This document shows positions 1-8,232 of a DNA stretch of 32,000 nt, piece after piece. The stretch's first letter is position 1. Each line of letters starts with the position of its first letter. Made by a program: the position numbers and the translations under genes. The stretch is taken from contig NZ_LN831039.1 in assembly GCF_001457595.1 (NCBI RefSeq), forward strand, positions 3,270,001 to 3,302,000, given 5' to 3'. The notes under the pieces are model-generated. The model was not told the DNA's origin and searched no databases. It saw only the letters and a program-made list of their open reading frames with translations. The stretch is from Mycolicibacterium smegmatis. Its GTDB lineage: Bacteria; Actinomycetota; Actinomycetes; Mycobacteriales; Mycobacteriaceae.

Positions 1-216
1 TCGCAGGCTTCGGTTCACTGCGCGGACGACGGCGGATATCACACAGTCAACGGGCCTGCACGCCAACGGAAAAGGCAGAGGAGTTCATAGGCGAAAGCGG
101 GCCACCCTGAGGACAGGAAAATTCGCTGCGCGAGGTAAGAAACGCTGTTTCGCCGACGTGCCGTGCGGGACGGTCTCTCGTGTGCTGCATCCTGGCCAGT
201 CACCCGCGGCTGTGAA

Positions 217-222
217 TACACT
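217..222 (+). promoter_or_regulatory. Candidate -10 hexamer TACACT for a leaderless transcript starting at ATG 229
   Basis: TACACT fits the mycobacterial TANNNT -10 pattern. A 6-nt spacer (gtgcgc) precedes ATG 229, which places the hexamer at -12..-7. No Shine-Dalgarno sequence lies in between. TGGCCA at 193-198 is a weak -35 with 18-nt spacing. Confidence 0.4.
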
Positions 223-228
223 GTGCGC

Positions 229-1032
229 ATGGCGCGCCGAAACGATCCGTTGGCGGAGTTTCTGCGCACGCACCGTGAAAAGCTGCAACCCGACGACGTC
301 GGGCTGACCAAGGGGCATCGTCGGCGGGTGGCCGGTCTCCGGCGCGAAGAGGTCGCAGGCCTGGCCGGTATCAGCACGGACTACTACCACCGCATCGAGC
401 AGGGGCGTGAGCGTCCGTCCGATCAGGTGCTCGATGCGCTCGCGCGGGCTCTGCTGCTGAGCCCCGATGCGACGGTGTACATGCGCAATCTGGTGGCGGG
501 GCGGTCACCCGGCCAGCGCCTGGACAGCAGTGCCAGATCGTTGAATCCCGCGCTGCAGGGCCTGATCGACGGCTGGCCGCAGTCACCGGCGCACATCCAC
601 GACGCCACGGCGACCGTGGTGATGGCCAATCCGCTCGCCGCGCGGCTGTCGCCGAGTTTCGCCCATGGCGGTAACCCGCTGCGCAGCCTGTTCCTCGAGG
701 AGCGCAGCCGCGAGTTCTACCGAAACTGGGAAGGGCTGACCGCGTGGGCGGTTCGCTGGTTGCGGGATTTCACCGGGCATCACCCCAGCCCTGGGCTGGA
801 CGCGATCGTCGACGAGTTGAACCGCGAGAGTGAGCGATTCCGTACCCTGTGGGCCTCCTACGACGTCAAGAAACACACCCGTGGGCTCCTTCTGGTCAAC
901 CACCCCGATGTGGGCCCGCTCGATCTGCACTTCCAGCACCTGAGCCTGCGGGGCAGCGAGTTCATCATGGTCACGTATTGGGCCGAGCCGTGCTCGCCGT
1001 CAGCCGAGGCGCTGAACCGGTTGATGGGCTGA
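229..1032 (+). CDS. XRE-family helix-turn-helix transcriptional regulator, MmyB-like
   Basis: ORF 163..1032 trimmed to ATG 229 (MARRNDPLAEFLRTHREKLQPDDVGL...). The N-terminal HTH is GLRREEVAGLAGISTDYYHRIEQGRERPS. The C-terminal region ending ...VTYWAEPCSPSAEALNRL is typical of MmyB-like regulators. The -10 hexamer at 217-222 supports this start. Confidence 0.85.
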   Translation: MARRNDPLAEFLRTHREKLQPDDVGLTKGHRRRVAGLRREEVAGLAGISTDYYHRIEQGRERPSDQVLDALARALLLSPDATVYMRNLVAGRSPGQRLDSSARSLNPALQGLIDGWPQSPAHIHDATATVVMANPLAARLSPSFAHGGNPLRSLFLEERSREFYRNWEGLTAWAVRWLRDFTGHHPSPGLDAIVDELNRESERFRTLWASYDVKKHTRGLLLVNHPDVGPLDLHFQHLSLRGSEFIMVTYWAEPCSPSAEALNRLMG

Positions 1033-1149
1033 TCGGAACCGGACCGACTGGTTGTCGTGAGACCAGGAAAGGTTCGGCCTGGCAACCGCACATCGGTCTG
1101 GCCACCCTGGGGGGTAGTGAAGCCCTACTCCAGACGGGACCGAAACCAT

Positions 1150-2415
1150 ATGCTGCGGTTGGGAAATTCGTTTGTGCAGAACCCGCACGAGGTGTACGAC
1201 CGGCTGCGCCGCAGTGGGCCGGTGCAGCGGGTCGAGATGTGGGGCGGCGTGCCGGTGTGGCTGGTCACGCGCTACCAGGAGGCACGGAACCTGCTGACCG
1301 ACCCACGTATCGGCAAAGACGGGGCCGCCGCGAGTGCCCTGTTCCCGCCGGGGACGGACGGGTCGATCGGTACGGTGCTCGGCGACAACATGCTGTTCCG
1401 GGATCCGCCCGACCACACGAGGTTACGGCGGTTTGTCACCTCGGCGTTCACCGCGCATGCGGTACGCCGGCTTCGCCCCACGATCGCCGGCTTCGCCGAC
1501 GCCCTCCTCGACGACATCGCCGCGTCGGTGCCCGGACAGGTGGACCTGTTGCAGGCTTTCGCCCAGCCCCTGCCCGTTCAGGTGATCGGCGAGTTGCTCG
1601 GTGTCCCGGAACGCGACCGGGAGCTGTTCGCGGCGCTGGTCGTGCCGATCTTCACCAGCACTGATACGACGGTGTTGCGAAGGGCGCAAAAGGAATTGAC
1701 GCTACTGCTCACCGATATGCTCGCCGAGAAGCGGCAGTCTCCGGCCGACGACGTGCTCAGCAGCCTCGTGCACCGGCGCGACGGCACCGATCAGCTGAGT
1801 GAGGCCGAACTGCTCGGCACCGCATTCCTGCTCATCGTCGCCGGATACGAGACGACGGTGAACCTGCTCGCCAACGGAATACTCGCGCTCCTGCGCAACC
1901 CGGAACAGTTGCGGGCGGTTCGGGCGGACCGGTCGTTGCTGCCGCGCGCGGTCGAGGAGGCTCTGCGGTTCGAGAGTCCGCTCAACACCGCCACGGTCCG
2001 CTACACCAGCGCACCGGTCACCGTCGGGGACGTCGAGATCCCGGCCGGTGAACTGGTCGTGATCGGCCTGCTGGCCGCCAATCACGACGACAAGCAGTTT
2101 CCCGATGCGCACCGGTTCGACGTCTCCCGTACGCACAACCGGCATCTCGCCTTCGGATACGGCGTGCACCACTGTGTCGGGGCGCCGCTGGCACGGATGG
2201 AGGCCGAGATCGGATTCGACCGGCTGCTGTCTCGCTTCGAGGTGATGGAACTGGTCGATTCGGGACCGCCGCGGTACCGGCCGAGCACGCTCATGCGGGG
2301 TGTGGAACGTCTTCCGGTGATTCTCGGTTACCCGCACGACATCGCATCCACAATGAGGGAGTGGTCGGGATCCCTGCCTTCGTCTGGCGAGGCGGATTCG
2401 TCTTTCGCGCACTGA
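1150..2415 (+). CDS. Cytochrome P450 monooxygenase
   Basis: Heme-thiolate loop FGYGVHHCVGAPLA, I-helix LLIVAGYETT and ExxR motif EEALRFES are present. ORF 1057..2415 is trimmed to ATG 1150 (MLRLGNSFVQNPHEVYDRLR); GTG 1117 is an alternative start. About 30 aa continue beyond the usual ...ERLPV end. Confidence 0.9.
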   Translation: MLRLGNSFVQNPHEVYDRLRRSGPVQRVEMWGGVPVWLVTRYQEARNLLTDPRIGKDGAAASALFPPGTDGSIGTVLGDNMLFRDPPDHTRLRRFVTSAFTAHAVRRLRPTIAGFADALLDDIAASVPGQVDLLQAFAQPLPVQVIGELLGVPERDRELFAALVVPIFTSTDTTVLRRAQKELTLLLTDMLAEKRQSPADDVLSSLVHRRDGTDQLSEAELLGTAFLLIVAGYETTVNLLANGILALLRNPEQLRAVRADRSLLPRAVEEALRFESPLNTATVRYTSAPVTVGDVEIPAGELVVIGLLAANHDDKQFPDAHRFDVSRTHNRHLAFGYGVHHCVGAPLARMEAEIGFDRLLSRFEVMELVDSGPPRYRPSTLMRGVERLPVILGYPHDIASTMREWSGSLPSSGEADSSFAH

Positions 2416-2473
2416 TCACCGGGATCGGTGCCGGTGGGTTCCTCGGTGCGCTGGCCTGGATCGACTCGGGACG

Positions 2474-2887
2474 GTGGCTCGCGGGCCTCGGGTGTTCGTC
2501 ATCCTGGCGCTCGCGTGCGGGACGTGGGCCCCGCTGCGCATGGCGCGGTACTGGCCGGCCGGGGCCGGCCTCGACGGCGCCGACCGCGCGGCCGTGGTGC
2601 GCGCGGCCCGCACCGGGCGGCGCATCGGCGACCCGCGGCTTCGCGCGGGCGCGCAGGACTACGCCGCCGGGATGCGTGCTGCCGCCGACAACGCCAGGAT
2701 GTGGCGGCCCCTGATCGTCTTCCTGCTCGCCGTGGCGGTCGTCGTCGCGGTGTGGGACACCCTGGCCGGAACATGGGGCAACGCCGTCGCGTCTGCCGTC
2801 TACCTGGTGCTGCTGATACTCGAGGTGTTCTGGTGGCCCAGACGGCAGGCGCAGCTGCTGACCAACGCCGATCGGGCCTGTGGATGA
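2474..2887 (+). CDS. Hypothetical small integral membrane protein
   Basis: Third-codon-position GC is very high by eye from GTG 2474. Hydrophobic segments are VFVILALACGTWAPL, PLIVFLLAVAVVVAVW and AVASAVYLVLLILEVFWW. I recognise no family. The start is uncertain (see the frame-switch finding). Confidence 0.55.
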   Translation: MARGPRVFVILALACGTWAPLRMARYWPAGAGLDGADRAAVVRAARTGRRIGDPRLRAGAQDYAAGMRAAADNARMWRPLIVFLLAVAVVVAVWDTLAGTWGNAVASAVYLVLLILEVFWWPRRQAQLLTNADRACG

Positions 2888-3026
2888 AGACGTGTCTGGG
2901 GACAATTCGCCTCCGCAAACCCGTTCGGCGAGGAGATGACGCGTTCCTGGCGGCCTTCTTGTCACAAGTCGTCGTTAGCTTTCGCGCAACAGGGGAGAAC
3001 CCTCCCCGTGCAGCGGAAGGCATCAC

Positions 3027-3746
3027 ATGCAGCACATCACCGAGCCCGACCTCGAAACCGAAACCGAAACGGACGCCGCCCGATTGCGCGCCGCGTTCGA
3101 ACGCGACCTGGGCGATCCGGCCCGCTGGTTCCCGCCGCCGGGATATCCGGATTCATTGGCGCTGTGCATCATCGACGCGATCTACTCCTCCGGGGCACGC
3201 CACAGCATGACCGAGAAGGTCATCGGGCGCTACCGTGAACACCGTCGCGCACTCGGCGGCGACCCCGACCGCGACGGCGCGGTCGAACTGCTCGGAACGT
3301 TCGCCGACGTCGGGGGAGCCCAGCAGTGGGCGTCGCAGATCGGCAACCGCAGGCCGACGTCGACCGCACCAGATGCGCCGCTGCGGGCAGCCGCCGTCGC
3401 TGATGCGGCGGAAGCGCTTGTCGCCATGGGAATCTCGACGGCGGATGACCTTCGGTCGGCAGCCGGCGCGGAACAGCTTGAGCCGGTCAGGACGGCGTGG
3501 TGTGGTGTGCCGGGGCAGCGCTCGGGGGTGACGTGGAGCAACCTGCTGAAACTCGCGGGGCTGCCCGCGCCGGGTGCGGGCCGGCTGGTCGTCGGGTACG
3601 TCACCCGCGAACTCGGTCCGGCCTCGCCCGAACGCGTCGCAGACCTCATCCGTGAGGTCGCCGACCTGGCCGGGTGGGAGGCCGGCCGGTTGGACCACGC
3701 CATCTGGAGTCACGAGGCGGGGCTGCAGTGTCAGCAGGCGGGCTGA
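3027..3746 (+). CDS. Hypothetical protein, family not assignable by eye (weak helix-hairpin-helix-like C-terminal half)
   Basis: 239-aa ORF with coding-like GC3 and GGAAGG 7 nt upstream of the ATG. The N-terminus contains a (gaaacc)x2-gaaacg hexamer repeat at 3054-3071 encoding ETETET. The segment GVPGQRSGVTWSNLLKLAGLPAPGAGRLV loosely resembles the HhH region of HhH-GPD proteins. Confidence 0.7.
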   Translation: MQHITEPDLETETETDAARLRAAFERDLGDPARWFPPPGYPDSLALCIIDAIYSSGARHSMTEKVIGRYREHRRALGGDPDRDGAVELLGTFADVGGAQQWASQIGNRRPTSTAPDAPLRAAAVADAAEALVAMGISTADDLRSAAGAEQLEPVRTAWCGVPGQRSGVTWSNLLKLAGLPAPGAGRLVVGYVTRELGPASPERVADLIREVADLAGWEAGRLDHAIWSHEAGLQCQQAG

Positions 3747-3804
3747 CTTCCGACCACCGTGAGCGGAACGGAATCGTCGGGCGCATCCACGTGTTGCGCC
3801 AAGG

Positions 3805-4914
3805 GTGACTGATTCGCTCGACACCTCGCTCGATACGTTGTTCACCCCGCTGAGCGTGGGAACCATGCGGATTCCCAACCGCTTCGCGATGGCACCGATG
3901 ACGCGGCGCGCCTCACCCGGCGGTGTGCCGGGAGCCGATGTCGCCGAGTACTACGCGCGTCGCGCAGCGGGCGGGGTCGGCCTGATCATCACCGAGGGTG
4001 TGCGCCTGGCCGACCCGGTCGCCGCGTGGCCGCACAGCATCCCGACACTGGCCGGAGCGGACGCGGTGGCCGGGTGGCGTGCGGTGACCGACGCGGTACA
4101 CGCGCACGGATCCGTGATCGCGGCACAACTGTGGCATCAGGGCGCCGAGCGCGACGACAGCGACGGCCTGCAGCCGGTGAGCCCGTCGGGTGTCAACAGA
4201 GTGGGGGCGGCTCGTGGGCGCGCCCTGCGCGGTGACGAACTGCCCGGCGTCGCAGCGCAGTACGCCGCGGCTGCGCGCAACGCCGTCGACGCCGGGTTCG
4301 ACGCTGTGGAGTTGCACGGTGCCCACGGTTACCTGCTCGACGAGTTCCTCTGGGACAGAACGAATCAGCGCACCGACGGGTACGGGGGATCGCTGGCTGC
4401 ACGCACCCGGTTCCCGGTCGAGGTGGTGGCGGCCGTACGTGCCGTGGTGGGGCCCGAGTTCCCGATCATCTACCGCTTCTCGCAGTGGAAGGCCAACGCC
4501 TACGACGCCCGCATCGCCGAGGATCCGGCCGAACTCGAGGCGATTCTGGGTCCTCTGGTCACCGCCGGGGTCGACGTCTTGCATCCCTCGACCCGCAGGC
4601 ACTACCTGCCCGCGTTCCCCGGATCGGATCTGAGCCTGGCCGGGTGGACCAGGAAGATCACGGGTATCCCCGTGATCGGTGTCGGATCGGTCGGGCTGGC
4701 CACCGAATTCCGGCCGGGACGTCGCGACGGGGACATCATCGCGGCCGCACCGGTCGAGAAGGTGGTGGAACAGTTCGCGGCCGGTGAGTTCGACATCGTC
4801 GCCGTCGGACGGGCGTTGCTGGCCGAACCCGCATGGGTCAACCGGTTACGCGACAACTCGCTCGACGGTTTCGCCGGCTACCACGCTGAAACAGCGCTGG
4901 CCAGGCTCTACTGA
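3805..4914 (+). CDS. NADH:flavin oxidoreductase, Old Yellow Enzyme family
   Basis: The N-terminal LFTPLSVGTMRIPNRFAMAPMTR and the HGAHGYLLDEFLW motif are typical of OYE/NemA-type FMN enzymes. It is a TIM-barrel-only protein of 369 aa with a GTG start. Confidence 0.9.
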   Translation: MTDSLDTSLDTLFTPLSVGTMRIPNRFAMAPMTRRASPGGVPGADVAEYYARRAAGGVGLIITEGVRLADPVAAWPHSIPTLAGADAVAGWRAVTDAVHAHGSVIAAQLWHQGAERDDSDGLQPVSPSGVNRVGAARGRALRGDELPGVAAQYAAAARNAVDAGFDAVELHGAHGYLLDEFLWDRTNQRTDGYGGSLAARTRFPVEVVAAVRAVVGPEFPIIYRFSQWKANAYDARIAEDPAELEAILGPLVTAGVDVLHPSTRRHYLPAFPGSDLSLAGWTRKITGIPVIGVGSVGLATEFRPGRRDGDIIAAAPVEKVVEQFAAGEFDIVAVGRALLAEPAWVNRLRDNSLDGFAGYHAETALARLY

Positions 4915-4920
4915 CAATAT

Positions 4921-4942
4921 GGTGGGAACAGGCTGTCCCACC
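4921..4942 (+). terminator. Hairpin GGTGGGA-acaggctg-TCCCACC between the OYE gene and the thioredoxin gene
   Basis: Perfect 7-bp GC-rich stem with an 8-nt loop. It begins 7 nt after the OYE stop codon and ends 18 nt before the thioredoxin start. There is no U-tract, which is common for mycobacterial terminators. Confidence 0.3.
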
Positions 4943-4959
4943 CCGGCGTTAGGAAAATT

Positions 4960-5334
4960 GTGAGCACGCTAGACATCACCGCAGAACAGTTCAACGACAC
5001 CGTCAACGACAACGAGATCGTGCTCGTCGATTTCTGGGCCTCGTGGTGCGGGCCGTGCAAGGCGTTCGCGCCGACGTTCGCGGCATCGGCCGAGAAGCAC
5101 CCCGACGTGGTGCACGCGAAGGTCGACACCGAGGCCGAGCAGGCGCTGGCCGCCGCGGCCGACATCCGGTCGATCCCCACGCTGATGGCCTTCAAGAAGG
5201 GCAAGCTGGTGTTCAACCAGGCTGGCGCGCTGCCGCCTGCGGCGCTTGAGGACCTGGTGCAGAAGATCAAGGAATTCGACATCGACGCGGCCATGCGCGA
5301 GCAGGCAGCGCAGGGTGGCGCCGAAGAGGTGTGA
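4960..5334 (+). CDS. trxB1: Thioredoxin
   Basis: WCGPC active site (FWASWCGPCKAF). 124 aa, GTG start preceded by AGGAAA. The symbol is assigned by synteny with Rv1471, immediately upstream of echA12. Confidence 0.93.
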   Translation: MSTLDITAEQFNDTVNDNEIVLVDFWASWCGPCKAFAPTFAASAEKHPDVVHAKVDTEAEQALAAAADIRSIPTLMAFKKGKLVFNQAGALPPAALEDLVQKIKEFDIDAAMREQAAQGGAEEV

Positions 5335-5365
5335 CCGGCCGGGCCGTGTGCCCGGATCCGCGGCG

Positions 5366-5383
5366 AGCACGCGATAGCGTGCT
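5366..5383 (+). terminator. Hairpin AGCACGC-gata-GCGTGCT downstream of the thioredoxin gene
   Basis: Perfect 7-bp stem with a 4-nt loop, followed by TTGTCC. A second hairpin, CCGGGC-cgtgt-GCCCGG, lies at 5339-5355. The right arm covers the TTG 5383 start candidate of the next gene. Confidence 0.35.
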
Positions 5384-6210
5384 TGTCCGTGACTGACGAC
5401 ACTCGCTTTGTTCTACTGGACCGGTCGCGGCCGGGCGTGGCCCTCGTGACGCTCAACCGCCCCGAGCGGATGAACTCGATGGCGTTCGACGTCATGGTGC
5501 CGCTGCTGGAGCTGCTGGGCGACCTTCGCCACGACAACTCGGTGCGTGTGGTCATTCTCACCGGCGCCGGGCGCGGATTCTCCTTGGGCGCCGACCACAA
5601 GTCGGCGGGCTCCGTGCCGCACGTCGACGGTCTGACCCGCCCGACGTACGCGCTGCGGTCGATGGAAGTGCTCGACGACGTGATCCTGGCGCTGCGCCGG
5701 CTGCACCAGCCCGTGATCGCCGCGGTCAACGGCGCGGCCATCGGCGGGGGATTGTGCCTCGCGCTGGCGTGCGACGTCCGGATCGCTGCTCACAGCGCCT
5801 ATTTCCGGGCGGCCGGGATCAACAACGGCCTCACCGCGAGCGAGCTGGGCCTGTCGTATCTGCTGCCGAGGGCGATCGGCACGTCACGCGCCTTCGAGAT
5901 CATGCTGACCGGACGCGACGTCGACGCCGCGGAAGCCGAGCGCATCGGTCTGGTGTCGCGCACGGTCCCCGACGACGACCTTCTCGAGACCTGTTTCGAG
6001 ATGGCCCAGCGCATGCGCGGGTTCTCGCGACCGGGAATCGAGTTGACCAAGCGCACACTTTGGAGTGGACTGGACGCCGCTAGTCTGGAGGGGCACATGC
6101 AGGCCGAAGGCCTGGGCCAACTCTTCGTGCGTCTGCTCACCGCAAACTTTGAGGAAGCGGTGGCCGCGCGCGCCGAGAAGCGCCCCCCGGCATTCACCGA
6201 CGACAAGTGA
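5383..6210 (+). CDS. echA12: Enoyl-CoA hydratase/isomerase (crotonase family)
   Basis: Crotonase motifs VVILTGAGRGFSLGAD and AAVNGAAIGGG are present. Synteny matches Rv1472. The start is TTG 5383 or GTG 5389; GTG 5389 avoids the hairpin. Confidence 0.9.
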   Translation: MSVTDDTRFVLLDRSRPGVALVTLNRPERMNSMAFDVMVPLLELLGDLRHDNSVRVVILTGAGRGFSLGADHKSAGSVPHVDGLTRPTYALRSMEVLDDVILALRRLHQPVIAAVNGAAIGGGLCLALACDVRIAAHSAYFRAAGINNGLTASELGLSYLLPRAIGTSRAFEIMLTGRDVDAAEAERIGLVSRTVPDDDLLETCFEMAQRMRGFSRPGIELTKRTLWSGLDAASLEGHMQAEGLGQLFVRLLTANFEEAVAARAEKRPPAFTDDK

Positions 6211-6240
6211 CAGCACGAGCAACAACAGGAGGAACGCAGC

Positions 6241-7869
6241 GTGATCACCGCAACGGACCTGGAGGTCCGCGCCGGCGCGCGCACGCTGCTGTTGATCGAG
6301 GGGTCCGCGCTGCGGGTCCAGCCCGGCGACCGCATCGGTCTGGTCGGTCGCAACGGCGCGGGTAAGACCACCACGATGCGCATCCTGGCCGGCGAGGGCG
6401 AACCCTACGCGGGTTCGGTGACGCGTTCCGGCGACATCGGCTATCTGCCGCAGGACCCCAAAGAGGGCGACCTCGACGTGCTGGCCCGCGACCGCGTGCT
6501 CTCGGCGCGTGGTCTGGACACCTTGCTGGCCGATCTGGAGAAACAGCAGGCCCTGATGGCCGAGGTCGCCGACGACGCCGCCCGCGACAAGGCCGTGCGC
6601 CGCTATGGGCAGCTCGAGGAGCGTTTCTCGGCCCTCGGCGGATACGCGGCCGAGAGCGAAGCGGGCCGCATCTGCGCGAGCCTGGGCCTGCCCGAGCGGG
6701 TTCTCACCCAACCGCTGCACACGCTCTCAGGTGGTCAGCGGCGACGCGTGGAACTCGCGCGCATCCTGTTCGCGGCCTCGGAGACCGGTTCCGGTTCGGC
6801 CACCACGCTGTTGCTCGACGAGCCGACCAACCACCTCGACGCCGACTCGATCGGGTGGCTGCGCGACTTCCTCAAGAACCACACCGGCGGGCTCGTGATG
6901 ATCAGCCACAACGTGGAACTGCTCGAAGAGGTGGTCAACCGCGTGTGGTTCCTCGACGCCGTGCGCGGCGAGGTCGATGTCTACAACATGGGCTGGCAGA
7001 AGTACCTCGACGCCCGTGCCACCGACGAGCAACGCCGGCGCCGCGAACGTGCCAATGCCGAGAAAAAGGCCGGCGCACTGCGCGCGCAGGCCGCCAAGAT
7101 GGGTGCCAAGGCCACCAAAGCCGTTGCAGCACAGAACATGTTGCGTCGCGCCGAACGTATGATGGCGGCTCTGGACGAAGAGCGGGTGGCCGACAAGGTG
7201 GCCCGGATCAAGTTCCCCACGCCTGCGCCGTGCGGCAGGACCCCGCTGGTGGCCAAAGGCCTGACCAAGAACTACGGCTCGCTGGAGGTGTTCACCGGCG
7301 TCGACCTGGCGATCGACCGCGGTTCGCGCGTGGTGGTGCTCGGTCTCAACGGCGCGGGCAAGACCACGCTGCTCCGCCTGATCGCGGGCACCGAGAAACC
7401 CGATGCCGGCCATCTCGAACCCGGGCACGGGCTCAAGATCGGCTATTTCGCGCAGGAGCACGACACGCTCGACAACCAGGCCACGGTGTGGGAGAACATC
7501 CGCCATGCCGCGCCCGACACGGGTGAGCAGGATCTGCGTGGTCTGCTGGGTGCCTTCATGTTCACCGGTCCGCAGTTGGACCAGCCGGCGGGAACGCTCT
7601 CCGGTGGCGAGAAGACGCGGTTGGCGCTCGCCGGTCTGGTGGCGTCGACGGCGAATGTGCTTCTGCTCGACGAACCGACCAACAACCTCGATCCCGCGTC
7701 ACGCGAACAGGTCCTGGACGCGTTGCGCAGCTATGAGGGTGCGGTGGTGCTCGTGACGCACGATCCGGGTGCGGCCGAGGCCCTCGATCCGCAGCGCGTG
7801 GTGTTGCTGCCCGACGGCACCGAGGATTTCTGGTCGGACGAGTACCGGGATCTCATCGAACTCGCCTGA
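6241..7869 (+). CDS. ABC-F family ATPase (no transmembrane domain; ribosome-associated or macrolide-resistance type)
   Basis: Two nucleotide-binding domains are present. Walker A motifs are GRNGAGKT and GLNGAGKT, signatures are LSGGQRRR and LSGGEKTR, and Walker B motifs are LLLDEPTNHLD and LLLDEPTNNLD. A charged linker (RRRRERANAEKKAGALRAQAAKMGAK) joins them. AGGAGGA precedes the GTG start. At 542 aa it matches the length I recall for Rv1473. Confidence 0.95.
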   Translation: MITATDLEVRAGARTLLLIEGSALRVQPGDRIGLVGRNGAGKTTTMRILAGEGEPYAGSVTRSGDIGYLPQDPKEGDLDVLARDRVLSARGLDTLLADLEKQQALMAEVADDAARDKAVRRYGQLEERFSALGGYAAESEAGRICASLGLPERVLTQPLHTLSGGQRRRVELARILFAASETGSGSATTLLLDEPTNHLDADSIGWLRDFLKNHTGGLVMISHNVELLEEVVNRVWFLDAVRGEVDVYNMGWQKYLDARATDEQRRRRERANAEKKAGALRAQAAKMGAKATKAVAAQNMLRRAERMMAALDEERVADKVARIKFPTPAPCGRTPLVAKGLTKNYGSLEVFTGVDLAIDRGSRVVVLGLNGAGKTTLLRLIAGTEKPDAGHLEPGHGLKIGYFAQEHDTLDNQATVWENIRHAAPDTGEQDLRGLLGAFMFTGPQLDQPAGTLSGGEKTRLALAGLVASTANVLLLDEPTNNLDPASREQVLDALRSYEGAVVLVTHDPGAAEALDPQRVVLLPDGTEDFWSDEYRDLIELA

Positions 7870-7997
7870 ACCGAAGTTGCTGACACCTCCGGATTTTCGG
7901 GCACGTAAATCCTAAGACGTTGAACAAATCACGCCGCGCGGGTGTGACTGGTTCTTACTCTGGGTATGCGTCGGGAGATCGAAATCGGGGAGGTGTC

Positions 7998-8195
7998 ATG
8001 AAGGATTCGTCGTATTCGAATCGAGATGAGCTGCTGACCGAGCTGCGACGCGCTTATGAGGAGGGGGCGAGCATCCGTTCGCTCGTCGCCAGGACCGGCC
8101 GATCATATGGTTCGATTCACAGCCTGTTGCGTGAGTCGGGCACGACGATGCGCAGCCGGGGCGGCCCCAACCATCGGAGCAAGCAGCGGGCCTGA
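7998..8195 (+). CDS. Small helix-turn-helix protein (Rv1473A-like putative regulator)
   Basis: ORF 7920..8195 trimmed to ATG 7998 because GGGGAGG lies 4-10 nt upstream. The 65-aa product is MKDSSYSNRDELLTELRRAYEEGASIRSLVARTGRSYGSIHSLLRESG, an HTH-like sequence. Confidence 0.7.
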   Translation: MKDSSYSNRDELLTELRRAYEEGASIRSLVARTGRSYGSIHSLLRESGTTMRSRGGPNHRSKQRA

Positions 8196-8232
8196 GCCAA
8201 ATTAATTGGGGGGTGGACGAATTCGGTAGAAA

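Noticed and set aside
1-228. Possible truncated gene at the left edge
   Set aside because: All six frames carry a stop within about the first 200 nt (all three minus-strand frames and two plus-strand frames within ~100 nt). Third-position GC is low in all of them. I treat the region as intergenic and as the promoter of the MmyB-like regulator.
4921-4942. Iron-responsive-element-like hairpin upstream of thioredoxin (mycobacterial aconitase is reported to bind IRE-like RNAs)
   Set aside because: The loop is ACAGGCUG rather than CAGUGN, and there is no bulged C in the stem. I kept it only as a generic hairpin or terminator candidate.
8196-8232. AT-rich spot with CGAATTCG and CCAA-attaa-TTGG symmetry between the convergent small HTH gene and acnR
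   Set aside because: The stems are only 4 bp or the elements are simple restriction-site-like palindromes. This is insufficient to call a bidirectional terminator.
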